NCBI GenBank assembly: GCA_963777955.1
Contig: CAVZSQ010000022.1
Span: 128,001 to 192,000, forward strand
DNA from: Calditrichia bacterium
GTDB lineage: Bacteria > Calditrichota > Calditrichia > JAJRVZ01
Length of the DNA: 64,000 nucleotides
Direction of reading: 5' to 3'
The stretch's first letter is position 1; every line of letters starts with the position of its first letter. Below, piece after piece: positions 54,647 to 64,000 of the stretch. The translations under genes were made by a program, and so were the position numbers. Below the pieces are notes generated by a model that worked only from the letters and a program-made list of their open reading frames with translations, searched no databases and was not told where the DNA came from.

Positions 54647-56509
54647 CTTATTAGCCGATCCCAGTATATATTATTTTTGTTCATGTTTATAGGTACTCAT
54701 CTTTTCGCCCAGGTCGAGTCAAAACTTGGCGATCTATCCGATGGCAGCCGAACCACTCCGGTACACCTGATTCAGTTGATCGACGAAGACAGTTCGGTGA
54801 TTCGTCTGGATGAACAACCTTTATTACCTTTTTCGCCTAAATTTACCTGCGGTGGAAAGTGCCATGATTATGAGAGAATAAAACATGGCTGGCATTTCAA
54901 CTCAGTCGATTCCATCGCTCAATCCGGGCGGCCGGGAGCCCCCTGGATATATGTGGATCAGCAGACTCTTACCCAGATTCCAGTATCTTTCCGTAATTGG
55001 CCGGGTGTATATTCACCCCTGAAGGCTGGATTAAGTACCATGCAGTTTCTACAGATTTTTGGACGGCAGATGCCGGGAGGCGGTGCGGGCGAGCAAGAAA
55101 ATATTCGTGAGCGCACCGACCTGTTTCGCTGGCAGGTATCCGGAAATCTGGAAATTAATTGCCTGGGTTGTCACAATGCCGACCCGGCTAATGATCCTGC
55201 CGAATATGCTGCCCAGACTGCCCGGCAAAATTTTCGCTGGGCGGCAACCGCGGCCAGCGGAATAGCATCTGTGCGGGGTTCGGCCAAAGCCATGCCGGAT
55301 AATTATGATCTGTACTGGGGCTCTGCTCCCGATCAGCCGCAGGATCTGCCGCCGCAGGTTGTTTATGATAGCGGCAGGTTCAATCAGAAGCAGGAAGTTT
55401 TTTTCAATATTACCCGTGATATTCCCAACCGTAATTGTTATTTCTGTCACTCGCTGAAAGTCATCGATCCCAATCGTACCGAACGCTGGCAACTGGGTGA
55501 AGATGTACATCTGGCTGCCGGTATGCAATGCGTTGATTGTCATCAGAATGGTCTGGATCACCGTATCAGCCGCGGTTACGAAAAAGAAACAGTTGCTTCC
55601 GGCACGGCTAGAAATAATTCCTTGAGTTGTGCAGGTTGTCATATAAAAAATCCGCAAGAAGCCGACACAGATCCGGGCAATGTAAGCGCGCCTCGTCCGC
55701 AACATCGCGGGATCCCCTTGATTCATTTTGAACGGTTGACCTGTACCGCCTGTCATGCCGGAGAATGGCCTCTGCAGGAAACCCGGCGGATAAAAACCGC
55801 CATCACCCATGGATTGGGTGTCAAGGGAATAAATAAATCGGAACAAATTTTACCTCATATTATATCACCTGTACTGGCAGAACAAGCGGATGGCAGGATT
55901 GCTATGCATAATATGCTCTGGCCGTCTTTCTGGGCGAAGCAGCATGGCGATACGATAATCCCCCTGGCCCCGCAAATGATATCACCTCTGCTGCAAAAAA
56001 TAATTGTAAATGATGATTCGACGCGAACAGGGGACTGGTTGAGGCTGAATGACTCTTTACTGCTACGGGTACTTGATACTTTAAAAACAATTATAGCGGG
56101 CAGCACTGAACCGGTTTTCATCAGCGGGGGAAAACTATATCGCCGGAGTTCTACCGGTAAAATAGTAATGCAGAAGCATCGCGCTGCAGAACCCTATCTC
56201 TGGCCGCTGGCACACGATATCAGACCGGCGTCACGTTCCCTGGGGATGAGGGGATGTAGCGATTGCCACACGCTTAATTCTCCGCTTTATTTCGGCAGGG
56301 TGGAAATCGATACCCCCCTGAAACTATCCGGTCAGGTTTATACCAGGATGATTGATTACCGGTCGCAGACCAGAATCCAGGCAGTGATCTTTTCATTCAG
56401 TTTTTTATTCAGACCCTGGTTAAAGATCTTGATCATTCTTGCCGTGGTGGTGATCACGGCTGTAGTTCTGCTATACGGCTTTAAGGGACTGGCCAGCCGT
56501 TCTGGCTAA
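54641..56509 (+). CDS. Membrane-anchored multiheme c-type cytochrome (6 CxxCH plus 1 CxxxCH)
   Basis: Signal peptide; CGGKCH, CLGCH, CYFCH, CVDCH, CAGCH, CTACH and CSDCH; C-terminal TM. The true stop may be 56531 if an extra base lies near 56494. Confidence 0.88.
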   Translation: MALISRSQYILFLFMFIGTHLFAQVESKLGDLSDGSRTTPVHLIQLIDEDSSVIRLDEQPLLPFSPKFTCGGKCHDYERIKHGWHFNSVDSIAQSGRPGAPWIYVDQQTLTQIPVSFRNWPGVYSPLKAGLSTMQFLQIFGRQMPGGGAGEQENIRERTDLFRWQVSGNLEINCLGCHNADPANDPAEYAAQTARQNFRWAATAASGIASVRGSAKAMPDNYDLYWGSAPDQPQDLPPQVVYDSGRFNQKQEVFFNITRDIPNRNCYFCHSLKVIDPNRTERWQLGEDVHLAAGMQCVDCHQNGLDHRISRGYEKETVASGTARNNSLSCAGCHIKNPQEADTDPGNVSAPRPQHRGIPLIHFERLTCTACHAGEWPLQETRRIKTAITHGLGVKGINKSEQILPHIISPVLAEQADGRIAMHNMLWPSFWAKQHGDTIIPLAPQMISPLLQKIIVNDDSTRTGDWLRLNDSLLLRVLDTLKTIIAGSTEPVFISGGKLYRRSSTGKIVMQKHRAAEPYLWPLAHDIRPASRSLGMRGCSDCHTLNSPLYFGRVEIDTPLKLSGQVYTRMIDYRSQTRIQAVIFSFSFLFRPWLKILIILAVVVITAVVLLYGFKGLASRSG

Positions 56510-56535
56510 GTTCGCAACTGGCGGGGAGTAGGACT

Positions 56536-57168
56536 ATGTTCCGGATTATTTTAATCATCACAGTCATCGGCAGTCTGGTCTGGCTTTATAAAACAATCAG
56601 GCGCGGTAATATAACCGCCGATAATTTGTGGCGCAGGATCAAAACAGAATTTTCGGTGTTTAAAAAATACAGCGAAGTTGAACCGGGACAGGTTTTGCTA
56701 AAACTCAGGAAAAGCACTTATCTGCTGACTCTGACTTTCTTGCTGGTTCTGGCCGTATCTGCTTACCTGCAGGTCATGATCTGGGGCGGCCCTTTAACCG
56801 GCTGGTTGTTAATTATTCACGTTACTGCTGCACCGCTATTCGCGATCAGTCTGATGTTAAATATTTTAGTCTGGGCGCAGCAAAAACGCTTTGACCAGCA
56901 GGATTGGTACTATCTGCGACAGATTCTCAGACAGAAAAAAATTCTGCTGCTGCGCAGCAATGATGCGGAATTCTGGAATAAACTGATTTTCTGGATTTTT
57001 ATGCTCAGCGCCATTCCGGCAATTTTTTCCATTGTCCTGCAACTTTATCCTGTTTTTGGTTCGGCAGGAATGGAGAACCTGCTGAGTATTCATCGTTACA
57101 GTACACTGATTCTGTTTATCGCGGTTGTAATTCACGGGCGTTTGTTGCTGCAGAACTTGAACAATTAA
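56536..57168 (+). CDS. Cytochrome b-like integral membrane protein (FdnI/HyaC-like)
   Basis: About five hydrophobic segments; a His in LLIIHVTAAP; two His 14 residues apart in the last helix (SIHRYS...VIHGR); WNKLIFW resembles the QKxxYW motif. Confidence 0.6.
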   Translation: MFRIILIITVIGSLVWLYKTIRRGNITADNLWRRIKTEFSVFKKYSEVEPGQVLLKLRKSTYLLTLTFLLVLAVSAYLQVMIWGGPLTGWLLIIHVTAAPLFAISLMLNILVWAQQKRFDQQDWYYLRQILRQKKILLLRSNDAEFWNKLIFWIFMLSAIPAIFSIVLQLYPVFGSAGMENLLSIHRYSTLILFIAVVIHGRLLLQNLNN

Positions 57169-57228
57169 GATAATTTGGCGTGTAATACTTTTAGTCAATT
57201 AATTTATAAATTAGCTGGAGGAACAGGA

Positions 57229-57933
57229 ATGAGATATTGCAGAAGCGGATCAGGTATTTTGGTTATCACCATAGTCCTGCTGGGCGCCTGCGGCCTCGCG
57301 ACCGGTCAACAACCACCGGTCAGCGCTGCTCAGTCCAATCAGGCACCGCTTGAAATTAAACTTCCGAAACCGGTATTCATCGGCACCCCTCAGAATATGC
57401 AGGTACCTAATCTGGAAAAACCACTGGGCAAGCCCCGTCCGCCCTTTTTGGCACCTGCCGGGACAAAGAATGCCGCTTTGAAAAAGACGGTGCATAGCAG
57501 CGACGAGATGCCGATCATTGGTGAACTGGCGCTGATCACCGATGGGGATAAAGAAGCAAACGAGGGCAGTTTTGTAGAACTTGGTCCTTTCTCCCAGAAT
57601 GTAACAATTGACCTGGGCAGCAAACATGACATCTATGCTATTGTGGTCTGGCATTATCATAACCAGCCGCGGGTATATTTTGATGTAGTGGTGCAGGTTG
57701 CGGATGACGCGGATTTTATCAAGGATGTAAAAACGATCTTCAATAATGATCATGACAATTCATCCAAACTGGGTGCCGGAAAGGATATGAATTATGTCGA
57801 GACGGCAGAGGGAAAACTGATCGATGCCAGGGGAGTACAGGGACGTTACGTAAGGTTGTACAGCAAGGGCAATACCAATAATGATTTGAACCATTACACC
57901 GAGGTTGAAGTGTACGGTAAGCCTGTTAAATGA
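57229..57933 (+). CDS. Secreted discoidin / F5/8 type C-like domain protein
   Basis: Signal peptide, Pro-rich linker, then NAALKKTV.SS, LITDGD, VTIDLG, GRYVRLY and EVEVYG. Confidence 0.8.
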   Translation: MRYCRSGSGILVITIVLLGACGLATGQQPPVSAAQSNQAPLEIKLPKPVFIGTPQNMQVPNLEKPLGKPRPPFLAPAGTKNAALKKTVHSSDEMPIIGELALITDGDKEANEGSFVELGPFSQNVTIDLGSKHDIYAIVVWHYHNQPRVYFDVVVQVADDADFIKDVKTIFNNDHDNSSKLGAGKDMNYVETAEGKLIDARGVQGRYVRLYSKGNTNNDLNHYTEVEVYGKPVK

Positions 57934-59535
57934 ACCGGCGAAAATTTTACTGCGGATCATGGGTACTTATTTTTTTGCTGGCAGCGGCTTTACGCATACC
58001 GTCGCTCTCTTTACGGCCCATGCATACCGATGAGGCAGTTCATGCTGTTAAATTCGCCGAGTTGCTGGAGACAGGACATTATCAATATAACCCGCAGGAA
58101 TATCACGGACCAACACTCTACTATCTGACCTTACCCGTTGCCTGGTTAGGCGGATATCATTCCTTAGCCCAACTGAATGAGTTCATTTTACGCCTGGTAT
58201 CAGTCGTCTGGGGCCTACTGGCCATATTTATATTCATCAGGTTAGGCAGGCAGGTTAACCAGGTTAACCAGGTTAACCAGCGCACGATACTGCTGGCAGG
58301 CTTGTTCTATGCCATATCATCAATAATTGTTTATTACAACCGGTATTATATTCATGAGACCCTGCTGGCCGTATTTGCCTGGTCGATGCTGGTTTATGGC
58401 TATCTGTTCATAAAAGAAAAGAGGGGTCTTTATGCCGTACTCTGTGGAATTAGTCTGGGGCTGCTGATTTCCACCAAAGAAACCTGGGTAATCTATGTGA
58501 GTGCTGCTGTTATTTCTGTAATCCTGTTGCCTGAATGGCGAAAAGCATTTGCCGCGAATATTATTGATACCGGTCTGTTGATTTTCACGCCGGCGTTGCT
58601 GATTGTAGGATTGTTCTACACTTCATTTTTTACCAATCCGCAGGGAATTCCGGATTTTATTCAGTCCCTCGGGAATTACTTTCACAGAGGTATCAGCAAT
58701 TCAATTCATACGCACCCATGGTACTACTATATTAAAACTTTGGTTTACTTTAAAGGCAACCAGGGACCGGTCTGGAGCGAAGGCTTTCTTTTATTTGCCT
58801 CAATTTTTGGGGCGATGCTCGTTTTTGTTAAAAAATTCCCGGCAGGAACCGCCGGCACCGCAAGGTCTTTTACTCCGCTTCATCAGCGTCTACACTCTGT
58901 TAGTGATTGTAATTTTTTCCCTGATTCCCTATAAAATGCCCTGGAATATTTTGGGCTGGATGCCCGGTCTCATTTTGCTGGCCGGCTGGGCATTCGATTA
59001 TTTGCTCTCTCATTCGAACCGGAAACTGGTTTTCATTCTTGTTTCTTTAATCTTGTTTCTTGGTTTTTTGCATGCAGCCTGGCAGTGCTGGCAGTTGAAT
59101 TATCGATATGAATGTGATCCGGCAAATCCGTACGTTTATGCCCATACGGGGAAAGATATCGAGTTGGTGCAAAAGACCATGACCGAGCTGGCCGTGCTAT
59201 CGGGCGACGCAGCCCTGCGCATCGATGTGATCTTCAGCGGACATGATTACTGGCCGTTGCCCTGGTATCTGCGTACTTTCAAATACGTGGGTTGGTGGAA
59301 TGATCTTGATCTGGAGAATCCTCCTGCGCCGGTAATACTACTCAGCGCGGATCAGGAAGAAAATTTATTAAAATTGATCTATGAAGTAACTCCGTTCGAA
59401 AGGCGTCAACTTTATATGAATCTTTTCGGCCGTGATATTGAGTTACGGCCGGGTTTAGCAATGCACGGTTATATAAGTTATGATCTATGGCAAAAACTAA
59501 AACCTCCCCGGCAGATTATAGAGACTCATCCTTGA
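57930..59535 (+). CDS. GT-C fold (PMT-like) membrane glycosyltransferase, TIGR03663-like, frame break near 58832
   Basis: RPMHTDEAVH, YNPQEYHGPTLYY, YYNRYYIHE, STKET, HPWYYY, IPYKMPWN and YWPLPWYLR; multiple TMs. Confidence 0.8.
58251..58280 (+). repeat. In-frame 9-bp tandem repeat (CAGGTTAAC x3 + CAG)
   Basis: Encodes QVNQVNQVNQ in an inter-helix loop. Confidence 0.9.
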
Positions 59536-60472
59536 ACTTTTCCGTTGATTCAGCGAAGATGATTTCTGCGGATTGGTCGAAGACTCACCGGCTGAGCCGC
59601 TTCGAACATCAGGCCATGGCCACCATTTTCGAAGTAATTTTATATCATCGTGATGCGCAGTATGCGGCTCAGGCAGTCCAGGCTGCTTTTATGGAATTGG
59701 ACAGGCTGGAACAGGAATTAAGCCGGTTCATCGAAAACAGCGATATCTCCCGCATCAACCGTGCTGTACCGGGAGCACTTCTGAAAATAGGCCTGGATAC
59801 GCTTACCTGTCTGCAGTTTTGTCAACAAATCTACAAACAAACTGATGGTGCTTTTGATATTACGGTCGGAGCGCTGGTCGATTTCTGGCGCCGTGCGGCT
59901 CCGGCAGTACTGCCAAAACAAAAGATAATCTGAATTTAATTAAACAAAAAACCGGCCTGAATCATCTGGTATTGGATTCTGATAATCATTCTGTGCAGGT
60001 ATTAAAAGCAGGTTTGAGTATTGATCTGGGCGGATTTGCGAAAGGGTATGCGCTGGATCGCATGGCGGCAATCATCGCCGAATGGGGTATATCCTGCGCT
60101 ATGTTGCACAGCGGTAACAGTACCGTCCTGGCCTCGGCAGCCCCGGCAAAAGAAAATGGCTGGCCCTTAGCGCTGAGGCACCCTCATTCCGGAAAGGTCA
60201 TTAAATATATTTCATTGACCGGTTCTGCGATCAGCGGTTCAGGATTACAGAAGGGAGCCCATATTGTAAATCCACACAGCGGTAAGCCGGTCGATAATAA
60301 ACTGGCCGCCTGGTCGACGGCCTCAACCGCAGCTTTAGCCGATGCGCTTTCAACAGCGTTTATGATTATGACCAGTACTCAGATTGAGAAATATATAAAG
60401 CATCATCCTGAAGTTGCTGCCTGTATTCTCTCTAAGCAAAAACCTCAAGTTCGATTTTTCGGAGAAATTTAA
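59532..60472 (+). CDS. apbE: FAD:protein FMN transferase (ApbE family), frame break near 59920
   Basis: AMATIFEV, LSRFIENSDISRIN, TDGAFDITVG, IDLGGFAKGYALD, HIVNPHSG and ADALSTA. No signal peptide; the start is uncertain. Confidence 0.88.
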
Positions 60473-60482
60473 CTTTGTTCAC

Positions 60483-60572
60483 CTTGCGTACTTTGCGCTT
60501 ACCTCAGCGACCTTGGCGTTTGAAAAGCTAAAACGCAAAGGGCGCAGAGGTCTTCGCCAAGAACGCAAAGAT
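60483..60572. repeat. Left palindromic direct repeat flanking the GxxExxY gene
   Basis: 60507-60561 is identical to 61016-61070 (55 bp); internally inverted CTTTGCG/CGCAAAG units. Confidence 0.92.
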
Positions 60573-60607
60573 TAATTATTGGTATGAATTTTGCATTAAT
60601 AATATTG

Positions 60608-60985
60608 ATGTCAGAAAATGAATTGGCAACAATAATTATCGGATCAGCCATAGAGGTTCATACAGCATTTGGTCCAGGATTACTGGAGTCTGTTTATAAA
60701 GAATGTCTGTTTTATAAGATAAAACAAAGAGGATTAGCGGTAGAAAAAGAAAAGCCTATGCCTTTGTTGTTGGAGGAGGTAAGACTTGAATGTGGTTATC
60801 GGATTGATTTAGTTATTGAAAACAAGGTAATCGTTGAAGTAAAATCTGTTGAAAGTCTCGCTGATATTCATCTGGCACAAATCTTGACATATTTAAGACT
60901 CTCAACTTGTAAACTTGGATTGTTAATAAATTTCAATGTATTACATCTCAAGGATGGAATTAGAAGAGTAGTCAATCATTTATAA
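60608..60985 (+). CDS. GxxExxY protein (PD-(D/E)XK nuclease-like)
   Basis: VHTAFGPGLLESVYKECL, YRIDLVIE..VIVEVKSV, HLAQILTYL and GLLINF; more AT-rich than its neighbours. Confidence 0.95.
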   Translation: MSENELATIIIGSAIEVHTAFGPGLLESVYKECLFYKIKQRGLAVEKEKPMPLLLEEVRLECGYRIDLVIENKVIVEVKSVESLADIHLAQILTYLRLSTCKLGLLINFNVLHLKDGIRRVVNHL

Positions 60986-60987
60986 TT

Positions 60988-61081
60988 CTTTGCGTCCTCT
61001 GCGTCGATGCCCTCTGCGACCTTGGCGTTTGAAAAGCTAAAACGCAAAGGGCGCAGAGGTCTTCGCCAAGGACGCAGAGAT
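60988..61081. repeat. Right palindromic direct repeat flanking the GxxExxY gene
   Basis: 61011-61081 matches 60502-60572 at 68/71 positions. Confidence 0.92.
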
Positions 61082-61102
61082 CAGTACATAAGCCTTATAT
61101 TA

Positions 61103-62722
61103 TTATCTGAGTAGAATCATTTTTTTACTTTGCACAAAAGAACCGGTTTTAATCTGATACAGGTATACACCTGAAGCCAGATCATTGGTTTCAACGCGAA
61201 CCTGGTGCAGGCCAGCCGGTAGATATGCATCAAGCAAAGTCATAACTTTCTGTCCGATCAGATTATATACTTCTATAACTACCCGGTTGGCGATTGGAAT
61301 ACTGAATCTGAAATTTGTAGCAGCATTGAATGGATTCGGATAGTTCTGTTCCAGCCGGTAACCGAAGGAGTGCTGCAGGTTATAATTGGTCAGGGTGGCG
61401 ATACTGGTTTCTGAAGCCCCCAGATCAGGTGCGTCATCAAGATATGCCAGCGCGGGGACGATCAAAGTATCTTTATTATCATTATATACGAGGTTAACCC
61501 CCTGGATTCCTGCTTCCCGGCAGGGAGAAAAATCCTGTAAACGGTAATCATCACTCAACGGTGCCAGGAACAGCGGATCAGAATTGAAATTACCTTCCAA
61601 CCAGAAAACTTTACTGTTCAGGTCTGCATAAATACTGTCCAGGCCTCCGCCGATATCGGAATGGGTGATCGTGATACTGCCGGAATCTTGCAGGTCGGTA
61701 TACACATAAATTTCCGGTTTAGAATCATTCCACAGTATGGAATTGACCAGGTCTGCCCGGCTATCCCAAACAAATAATCCTCCTCCGGCATAATTGTCGC
61801 CGATAATTTCGCTGACCTGATTATTGCTGATGGTGAGGTTCATTAACAGGGCATGAGCATGCGATGCAAGATAGATGCCGCCACCCTCGTAAGCACTATT
61901 GCCGGTAACGGTTACGCGTTCCAGATACGGATTCGACGACTGGCAATAGAAACCGCCGCCCTGGTCATCGGTCTCGTTATTGCGGATGGTGGAATTTTTA
62001 AGTTCAATATCTGAGGAATTTCCGCAGAAAATACCGGCGCCTGCCCAGCTGGTGTAATTTGCGCTGACCTGAATTTCTGAAAGTTGAGCGAAACAATTGT
62101 CATTAAAATATAGTCCGCCGCCATCCTCATTAGCCACATTATTATAGATCATAGATTGAGTAATCACAGGCGAACTGTATTGCTCACAGCAGATCCCGCC
62201 CCCTTTATAGATTGCCGCGTTATTATGGACCTTAACATTGACAATAGCAGGACTGGCATAACTGAAGCAATAAATCCCCCCGCCATTACTGGCTGTGTTT
62301 CCGGTTATGTTCAGATGTGCCAGCGTTGGCGATGAATTGAAGGCGCACTGTATACCCCCGCCCCCTGAGAAGTAACCACCGGTGATTGTAAATCCGGTCA
62401 AACGGCTGTTGCCATCCTCGCCATTGACAAAAAGTATCACGCAGCCCTGGTTGAGATAGTCATTATTACCATTAATGATCGTCTGATCTATATATGTAGT
62501 ATCCCCAGCCAGCAAAAACAGGCTGCCCACCGTTAACTGCTTTCCCTGAAAGTTTACATTTTCCAGGTATTCTCCCGGTTGAACCAGAACTGTATCACCG
62601 GTTACTGCAGAATCGATACCAGATTGTATGGTGGGATATTCAAGCGATGGCACATTCAGAACTGCGGCTGTTCCGGCAGTTACCAGAACCAGCAGGGCCA
62701 AGATTATGTATTTATTCCTCAT
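61103..62722 (-). CDS. Secreted right-handed beta-helix protein with T9SS type A-like C-terminal sorting domain
   Basis: Signal peptide; YPTIQSGID..GDTVLVQPGEY.EN; repeated N-x-A-x-x-GGGIYC units; C-terminal LEQNYPNPFN...YNLIGQKV...LASGVYLY...KKMILLR. Confidence 0.9.
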   Translation of the reverse strand: MRNKYIILALLVLVTAGTAAVLNVPSLEYPTIQSGIDSAVTGDTVLVQPGEYLENVNFQGKQLTVGSLFLLAGDTTYIDQTIINGNNDYLNQGCVILFVNGEDGNSRLTGFTITGGYFSGGGGIQCAFNSSPTLAHLNITGNTASNGGGIYCFSYASPAIVNVKVHNNAAIYKGGGICCEQYSSPVITQSMIYNNVANEDGGGLYFNDNCFAQLSEIQVSANYTSWAGAGIFCGNSSDIELKNSTIRNNETDDQGGGFYCQSSNPYLERVTVTGNSAYEGGGIYLASHAHALLMNLTISNNQVSEIIGDNYAGGGLFVWDSRADLVNSILWNDSKPEIYVYTDLQDSGSITITHSDIGGGLDSIYADLNSKVFWLEGNFNSDPLFLAPLSDDYRLQDFSPCREAGIQGVNLVYNDNKDTLIVPALAYLDDAPDLGASETSIATLTNYNLQHSFGYRLEQNYPNPFNAATNFRFSIPIANRVVIEVYNLIGQKVMTLLDAYLPAGLHQVRVETNDLASGVYLYQIKTGSFVQSKKMILLR

Positions 62723-63332
62723 CATAAATCTCCTGTTGTTTTTACTTATAATATAAACGATTTTAAAGAAAATCATAACAGAATCTTCATATTTAAATAT
62801 CACCACACCGGATATGGCGGCGATAATAACAATATCAGAGAATATGATAATCCTGGCGCATCATTATAAATTCTAACGCCCGGAAAAAAATTATATTCCG
62901 GCAGGCAGCTAAAATTAAAAATGATGCGCTGCTTGATCATCACGATGGGGAATTAATTATGGTAAGCTAAAACGAAGGACCTCAGCTGGCCAATCGTACA
63001 GATTGGGGGTCCTGAACTTCGATGACGTTTGAGGCAGGTCGGAGATCTTTTATGGTAAAAAAGACCTTTGATTTCAACTTAATCTTAATTTTCAATTTCA
63101 TGACAAAACCTCCTTATTTGGGTTGTCGTTCAATATTTGCATCAATAACGAAATTTAGACTAAATTTGTTTCAACTTACTGAAATATTATGCCAGGCTTG
63201 TGTTTCAAATCACTGGATTCCATATAAAAATTATAACATAATAGAGATAAACAACTTGTAGGAAGCTGAAATCTAAGACTAATAATATTAAGGTGATACA
63301 GGTTCAAAATGACGATATGGAAAGGAAGATTT

Positions 63333-63743
63333 ATGTCCGCGCAATTGATTCAGGCAGCCGGCGGAATTGTATATCGAGACCAGCAAAATAAAAGAAAAAT
63401 ATTTAGAATTCTTATCGTACACCGGCCAAAGTATGATGACTGGAGTTTACCGAAGGGAAAACTACTGGCCGGCGAATCATGGCAAGATGCAGCCAGGCGG
63501 GAAGTCAAAGAAGAGACCGGTTATTCGGTAAAGATTCATTCCTTTGCCGGACCGGTATTGTATACCGTGGGGGATATACCCAAACTGGTTTTATTCTGGA
63601 GAATGAAAATTCGTCGAGTTCAGAAATTTAAACCGACCAGCGAAGTGGATAAAATAAAGTGGGTGACCGTAAAACAAGCACTTAAGTTGTTATCATATGA
63701 ACTGGAAAAAGATCTGCTTATTGAGACTATGATTGATAAATAA
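63333..63743 (+). CDS. NUDIX hydrolase
   Basis: AAGGIV, HRPKYDDWSLPKGK and Nudix box GESWQDAARREVKEETG. Confidence 0.93.
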   Translation: MSAQLIQAAGGIVYRDQQNKRKIFRILIVHRPKYDDWSLPKGKLLAGESWQDAARREVKEETGYSVKIHSFAGPVLYTVGDIPKLVLFWRMKIRRVQKFKPTSEVDKIKWVTVKQALKLLSYELEKDLLIETMIDK

Positions 63744-63825
63744 TTTTATTCGATTTCCAATAATTGGATTTGATTGGAAAGATAAATAAATTAAAGCGTG
63801 AGGAGAGATATTCTCTGTACACATA

Positions 63826-63894
63826 CTTTGCGTTCTCCGCGTTTTAGTTTTTCTAACGCAAAGGATGCCGAGGAAAGCGCAAAGGTCGCAGAGA
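63826..63894. repeat. Solo copy of the CTTTGCG/CGCAAAG palindromic repeat family
   Basis: CTTTGCGTTCTCCGCGTT...AACGCAAAGGATGCCGAGGAAAGCGCAAAGGTCGCAGAG has the same unit architecture as the GxxExxY flanks. Confidence 0.7.
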
Positions 63895-63929
63895 AAAATT
63901 TGGAAATCTGAATGGAAGGGGAAAGGGAA

Positions 63930-64000
63930 GTGAAAAAGTCAAACATTGCTGAATTTATCCGCCATCATTACCGTCATTTTAATGCAGCTGCTGTGGTAGA
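63930..64000 (+). CDS. N-terminus of a probable deoxyhypusine synthase-family protein, truncated at the window edge
   Basis: VKKSNIAEFIRHHYRHFNAAAVV resembles the HFNAAALVDAA start of bacterial DHS-like proteins. Only ~23 codons are visible. Confidence 0.6.
   Translation, partial: MKKSNIAEFIRHHYRHFNAAAVV

Noticed and set aside
55049..55846. 265-aa antisense ORF (similarly 34027-34713, 16534-17094, 7729-8247, 45797-46306, 57250-57753)
   Set aside because: These lie wholly opposite well-supported genes and show no recognisable motifs; they are shadow ORFs.
60483..61081. Direct repeats around a nuclease-like gene as a CRISPR array or IS ends
   Set aside because: Only two long copies enclosing a whole gene, with no spacer series, no cas genes, no terminal inverted repeats and no transposase motif.
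62965..63070. c-di-GMP riboswitch call
   Set aside because: The conserved aptamer motifs are not found on either strand; kept only as an unassigned structured region.

Overview
A 64-kb chromosomal window from a diderm bacterium. A T9SS-type C-terminal sorting domain, a lipid A acyltransferase and clear Shine-Dalgarno sites suggest the FCB group (Calditrichota/KSB1-like); this is inference. I saw no rRNA, tRNA, CRISPR array or intact IS. Main contents: a beta-1,3-glucan locus (GH30, GPH symporter, GH16, GH149-like phosphorylase); a TolC/MacAB-type exporter; a two-component system; a LemA-TPM operon; a lipoprotein followed by three L,D-transpeptidase (LDT)-family genes; a ~20-kb Gfo/Idh/MocA + DUF1080 (3-keto-glycoside-type) locus continuing into a multiheme cytochrome c, a cytochrome b-like protein, a GT-C glycosyltransferase and ApbE; a GxxExxY gene in direct repeats; and many nested REP-like palindromes. 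Fourteen genes carry frame breaks (15 in total, 12 repaired by removing one base), most likely assembly errors. The best novelty candidates are three. (1) A GPH sugar symporter whose periplasmic loop holds a circularly permuted array of cadherin-like domains. (2) A helical lipoprotein ending in Lys, clustered with two LDT-family enzymes and a pseudo-LDT, one of which carries a copy of the lipoprotein's own helical domain; this could be a Braun's-lipoprotein analogue. (3) A multiheme cytochrome c / cytochrome b / ApbE module inside a glycoside-oxidation locus. All family calls come from motif recognition by eye; no database searches were run.
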